This document shows positions 61,571 to 64,000 of a stretch of DNA of 64,000 nt, one piece after another. Source of the DNA: Fibrobacteria bacterium (GTDB lineage Bacteria; Fibrobacterota; Chitinivibrionia; Chitinivibrionales; FEN-1185); NCBI GenBank assembly GCA_037447435.1, contig JBBIGR010000003.1:96001-160000 (forward strand), read 5' to 3'. The notes beneath the pieces are model-generated. The model was not told where the DNA came from. It saw nothing but the letters and a program-made list of their open reading frames with translations, and made no database searches. The translations under genes and the position numbers were made by a program. Position 1 is the first letter of the stretch; each line of letters begins with the position of its first letter.

Positions 61571-62655
61571 ATGGCCTCCCGTTTTAAAATGAGACCGCCG
61601 TATTCCTTTATGTAAAAAGCCATGGTTGTTTTCAGAGCGTCCGCAAGCGGCGTTTCAGGATTCCAATTGAGCAAGGTCTTTGCCTTCGTGATGTCCGGAA
61701 TGCGGCGATCGGAATCTTCGTATCCCGGTCCGTAAAAGTCCTGCCCTGTCACTTGCTCGATCAGCGAAGGGCCTCCCGCACAATCGGGGCGGAGTTCTCC
61801 GTATACACGGATCATGAGATGGGCGAGGTCTTTGATTGTAATTTCATTGTCCGGGTTGCCGATATTGAAAATGTGGCGGTTTGCAATGTGGGGATTCGAA
61901 AGTATGGCCATGAGGGCATCGATAGCGTCGTCTATATAGGTGAAGCAACGGTAGTTTTTCCCGCCATTGACAAGCTTGAGCGTTGTACCGTTAAGCAACG
62001 CATCCATAAAACAGGCCAAAACGCGAGGGACGCCGTCGCCGTCGATTCCGGGGATAAAATCCATTCTCGGACCGATGAAATTAAAAGGCCGGATTATTGA
62101 ATAGGGCAGTCCGTGTTCGATGCCGTGCGCGTAAATTGCCCGTTCGAGCAATTGCTTTGCGCACGCATACGACCATCGTTGGGCATGGACGGGTCCCAAT
62201 ACAAGCGGCGTCGCATCTTCGATAAAAACATCGGTATTCGGATCAAACGGTTGCTGTGCGGCTGCCGAAACTGTTTTCCCGTACACTTCACAGGTGGAAA
62301 AATGGACCAGGTGTTTTTTAAGCTGTGAACATTTTTCAACAATCGAAAGAGGACGGACAAAATTGCTCTGTATCACTTCAAGCGGGATTGTGTTGTACAA
62401 AGACGGATTGCACAATGCCGCCAACGATACGACGATATCGCTTTTTTCAATGAAATCCGCGGTATCGCGACAAGAGTCGATATCGCCTTTTGAAAATAAA
62501 AATCGTGGATCGCTCAGGGGGGGTCTTATTTTAGACTCGTCCCGGTCTATTCCCAGGACGAGCCAATTTGTGGTCGATAGTATGCGCTCAACGAGATGCG
62601 AACCGATGAATCCGCCGCAGCCGAGAACGCAGATTTTGAGTTGTGACATACTCAT
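61567..62655 (-). CDS. UDP-D-apiose/UDP-D-xylose synthase-like (UDP-GlcA decarboxylating SDR)
   Basis: GCGGFIGSHL, AALCNP, FSTCEVYGK, RWSYACAKQL, RPFNFIGPRMDFIPGIDG.GVPRVLACF, FYGPGYEDSDRRIPD. Confidence 0.88.
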   Translation of the reverse strand: MSMSQLKICVLGCGGFIGSHLVERILSTTNWLVLGIDRDESKIRPPLSDPRFLFSKGDIDSCRDTADFIEKSDIVVSLAALCNPSLYNTIPLEVIQSNFVRPLSIVEKCSQLKKHLVHFSTCEVYGKTVSAAAQQPFDPNTDVFIEDATPLVLGPVHAQRWSYACAKQLLERAIYAHGIEHGLPYSIIRPFNFIGPRMDFIPGIDGDGVPRVLACFMDALLNGTTLKLVNGGKNYRCFTYIDDAIDALMAILSNPHIANRHIFNIGNPDNEITIKDLAHLMIRVYGELRPDCAGGPSLIEQVTGQDFYGPGYEDSDRRIPDITKAKTLLNWNPETPLADALKTTMAFYIKEYGGLILKREAI

Positions 62656-62683
62656 GGTATGAAATTTGGTTCTGCTGTCCTTT

Positions 62684-63370
62684 TTATTGTACGCTGAAAG
62701 TGCTGGATTTGTCAGAAAGCTGTAAATTGACATAATCTGCAATTTTGATCATACATTGAGCGCTTGGAAAGGCAAATGGCGCACCGGTCCCGGTTTCAGA
62801 ACCGATTTTCCAAGAATATGATGTCGTTGACACGTCGCTGATTGAACTCTTTAACATATCTCCGAACGTTTTCCCGCCATCCGTCGAAAGCAACAACCTA
62901 AGTGAAGATAATTTAGAAGGTGTATCTTTCCATGTGATGGTTACTGTCGAACCGTTGGTCAGTGTCTGCCCTGCAGTTGGCGATGTGATGACAAGATACT
63001 TAATTGAAAATAAAGCACTGACGCCGGCATCAAATGTGCCGCCATTATCTGCAACTTTTACCTGAAAACTATCGGTATAAGCAACGACGGGCACAACAAC
63101 CTTTGCGGAATTGCTATTGACCGGTACGACAGTTGCAAATTGCTGCCAACCAGCCCCTAAATTAAAATTATAGGAAAGAGTGGGGGTGGCAACCGACTGA
63201 GTCCAGGAAACAACGAGCGTGTCACCCGCGCAAACCTTTTGCGCGGCAACGGGCGCGGTGATGGTAATCGCGGTTTTGGCTGCGGTCGGGCTTGAATCTC
63301 CGCAAGACAATCCAAGATACCCCAGTGCAAATAGCGCTGAAACGTTTGCGAATAATATCGATTTTCTCAT
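62684..63370 (-). CDS. lipoprotein with two Ig-like beta-sandwich repeats
   Basis: lipobox GLSC, two ITxPxxxQ...WxxS repeats, STDGGKTF. Confidence 0.75.
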   Translation of the reverse strand: MRKSILFANVSALFALGYLGLSCGDSSPTAAKTAITITAPVAAQKVCAGDTLVVSWTQSVATPTLSYNFNLGAGWQQFATVVPVNSNSAKVVVPVVAYTDSFQVKVADNGGTFDAGVSALFSIKYLVITSPTAGQTLTNGSTVTITWKDTPSKLSSLRLLLSTDGGKTFGDMLKSSISDVSTTSYSWKIGSETGTGAPFAFPSAQCMIKIADYVNLQLSDKSSTFSVQ

Positions 63371-63393
63371 TTTTTTTGATCCTTTCGTTGACA

Positions 63394-63999
63394 TTAAAAT
63401 AAAAATGTTTTTAATCCAATAAATACGGACCAGCGGTGGAATATGTCATTCCAATCGGGCCCTCGAGACCAATCCTGCATCGGCTTTATATCATAGGGAT
63501 TTCCTGCCTGAGCATTTGTCGCAGAGGCTGTTTTCGCGTGGATAGGGAGATATGCTGCGATAAAAATCGGGAAATTGGATCGTGAGAATTCCAGACCATA
63601 GCACAATGTTGCATTCCAAACCTGATTATCGGGATCCGGCGCAGGATCATATGGCGTTCCGCTTTTAAGCGAAGGGATCCATGCGACTCCCATTGGAACG
63701 GAAAACATGACGCCGAAAGAATGAACAAAATCTTCCATTCCTTTATATCCGTAAAATGCAGAAGCCATCAGGCTCGGCGGCGTGTATCCGCCCAGATCAT
63801 TTTCACCGTATGGCTTGAAATAATAATAAAACCTGTTTTTCTCCGCATCTGTCATGAGATCTTTTTGCTGTTGGGTAAAATTATAATATTGGTTTTGCCC
63901 GTTGAAATTGACGGCAAAAGAATACGAATACACTATGTCGAGAAGAACCATGCTTTTGTCCGCATCGATTGTCTTTCCTAAGTCAAGGCTTAAGTTGTA
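63394..63999 (-). CDS. hypothetical (possibly outer-membrane) protein, 5' end outside the window
   Basis: frame open to the window edge; C-terminal beta-strand ending in Phe. Confidence 0.6.
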   Translation of the reverse strand, partial: YNLSLDLGKTIDADKSMVLLDIVYSYSFAVNFNGQNQYYNFTQQQKDLMTDAEKNRFYYYFKPYGENDLGGYTPPSLMASAFYGYKGMEDFVHSFGVMFSVPMGVAWIPSLKSGTPYDPAPDPDNQVWNATLCYGLEFSRSNFPIFIAAYLPIHAKTASATNAQAGNPYDIKPMQDWSRGPDWNDIFHRWSVFIGLKTFLF

Positions 64000-64000
64000 G

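Noticed and set aside
61567..62655. ArnA (lipid A L-Ara4N pathway) annotation
   Set aside because: No formyltransferase domain, no arnB/arnT nearby, and motifs fit UAXS (STCE, WSYACAK) better

Overview
Bacterial chromosomal window using the standard code. Gene content and secreted-protein architecture suggest a Fibrobacterota/Chitinivibrionia-like organism; this is inference only. Left to right: (1) a TCA operon (fumC, aconitase, sucA, sucB, citrate synthase, FMN alpha-hydroxy-acid oxidase) behind a sigma54-type promoter; (2) an AT-richer accessory islet (about 10.1-17.4 kb) at the 3' end of a tRNA-fMet, with several small genes behind sigma54 motifs, a Mu GemA-like remnant, an O-acetylesterase, a LOG protein and a lactonase-like propeller; (3) an orphan AbiEii-type nucleotidyltransferase, then housekeeping and envelope genes (GT9, ECF sigma with FecR-TPR, queF, mnmA, srkA, rhlE, polA, lysC); (4) large secreted repeat proteins, including a frameshifted InlB-repeat/GH20 gene; (5) a long minus-strand cluster joining a plant-type UDP-apiose/UDP-xylose synthase and a GT2 glycosyltransferase to an AlgI/AlgJ/AlgJ O-acylation module and a TolB-like propeller. 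Cluster (5) is the best candidate for an undescribed system, an apiose-containing O-acylated surface glycoconjugate pathway. Other oddities are a hybrid kinase lacking its phospho-His, a GH20 domain lacking its catalytic Asp, an E2o without an E3-binding domain, a probable CTG/ATT start, and REP/REPIN-like palindromes. All calls come from motif recognition by eye; no database searches were run.
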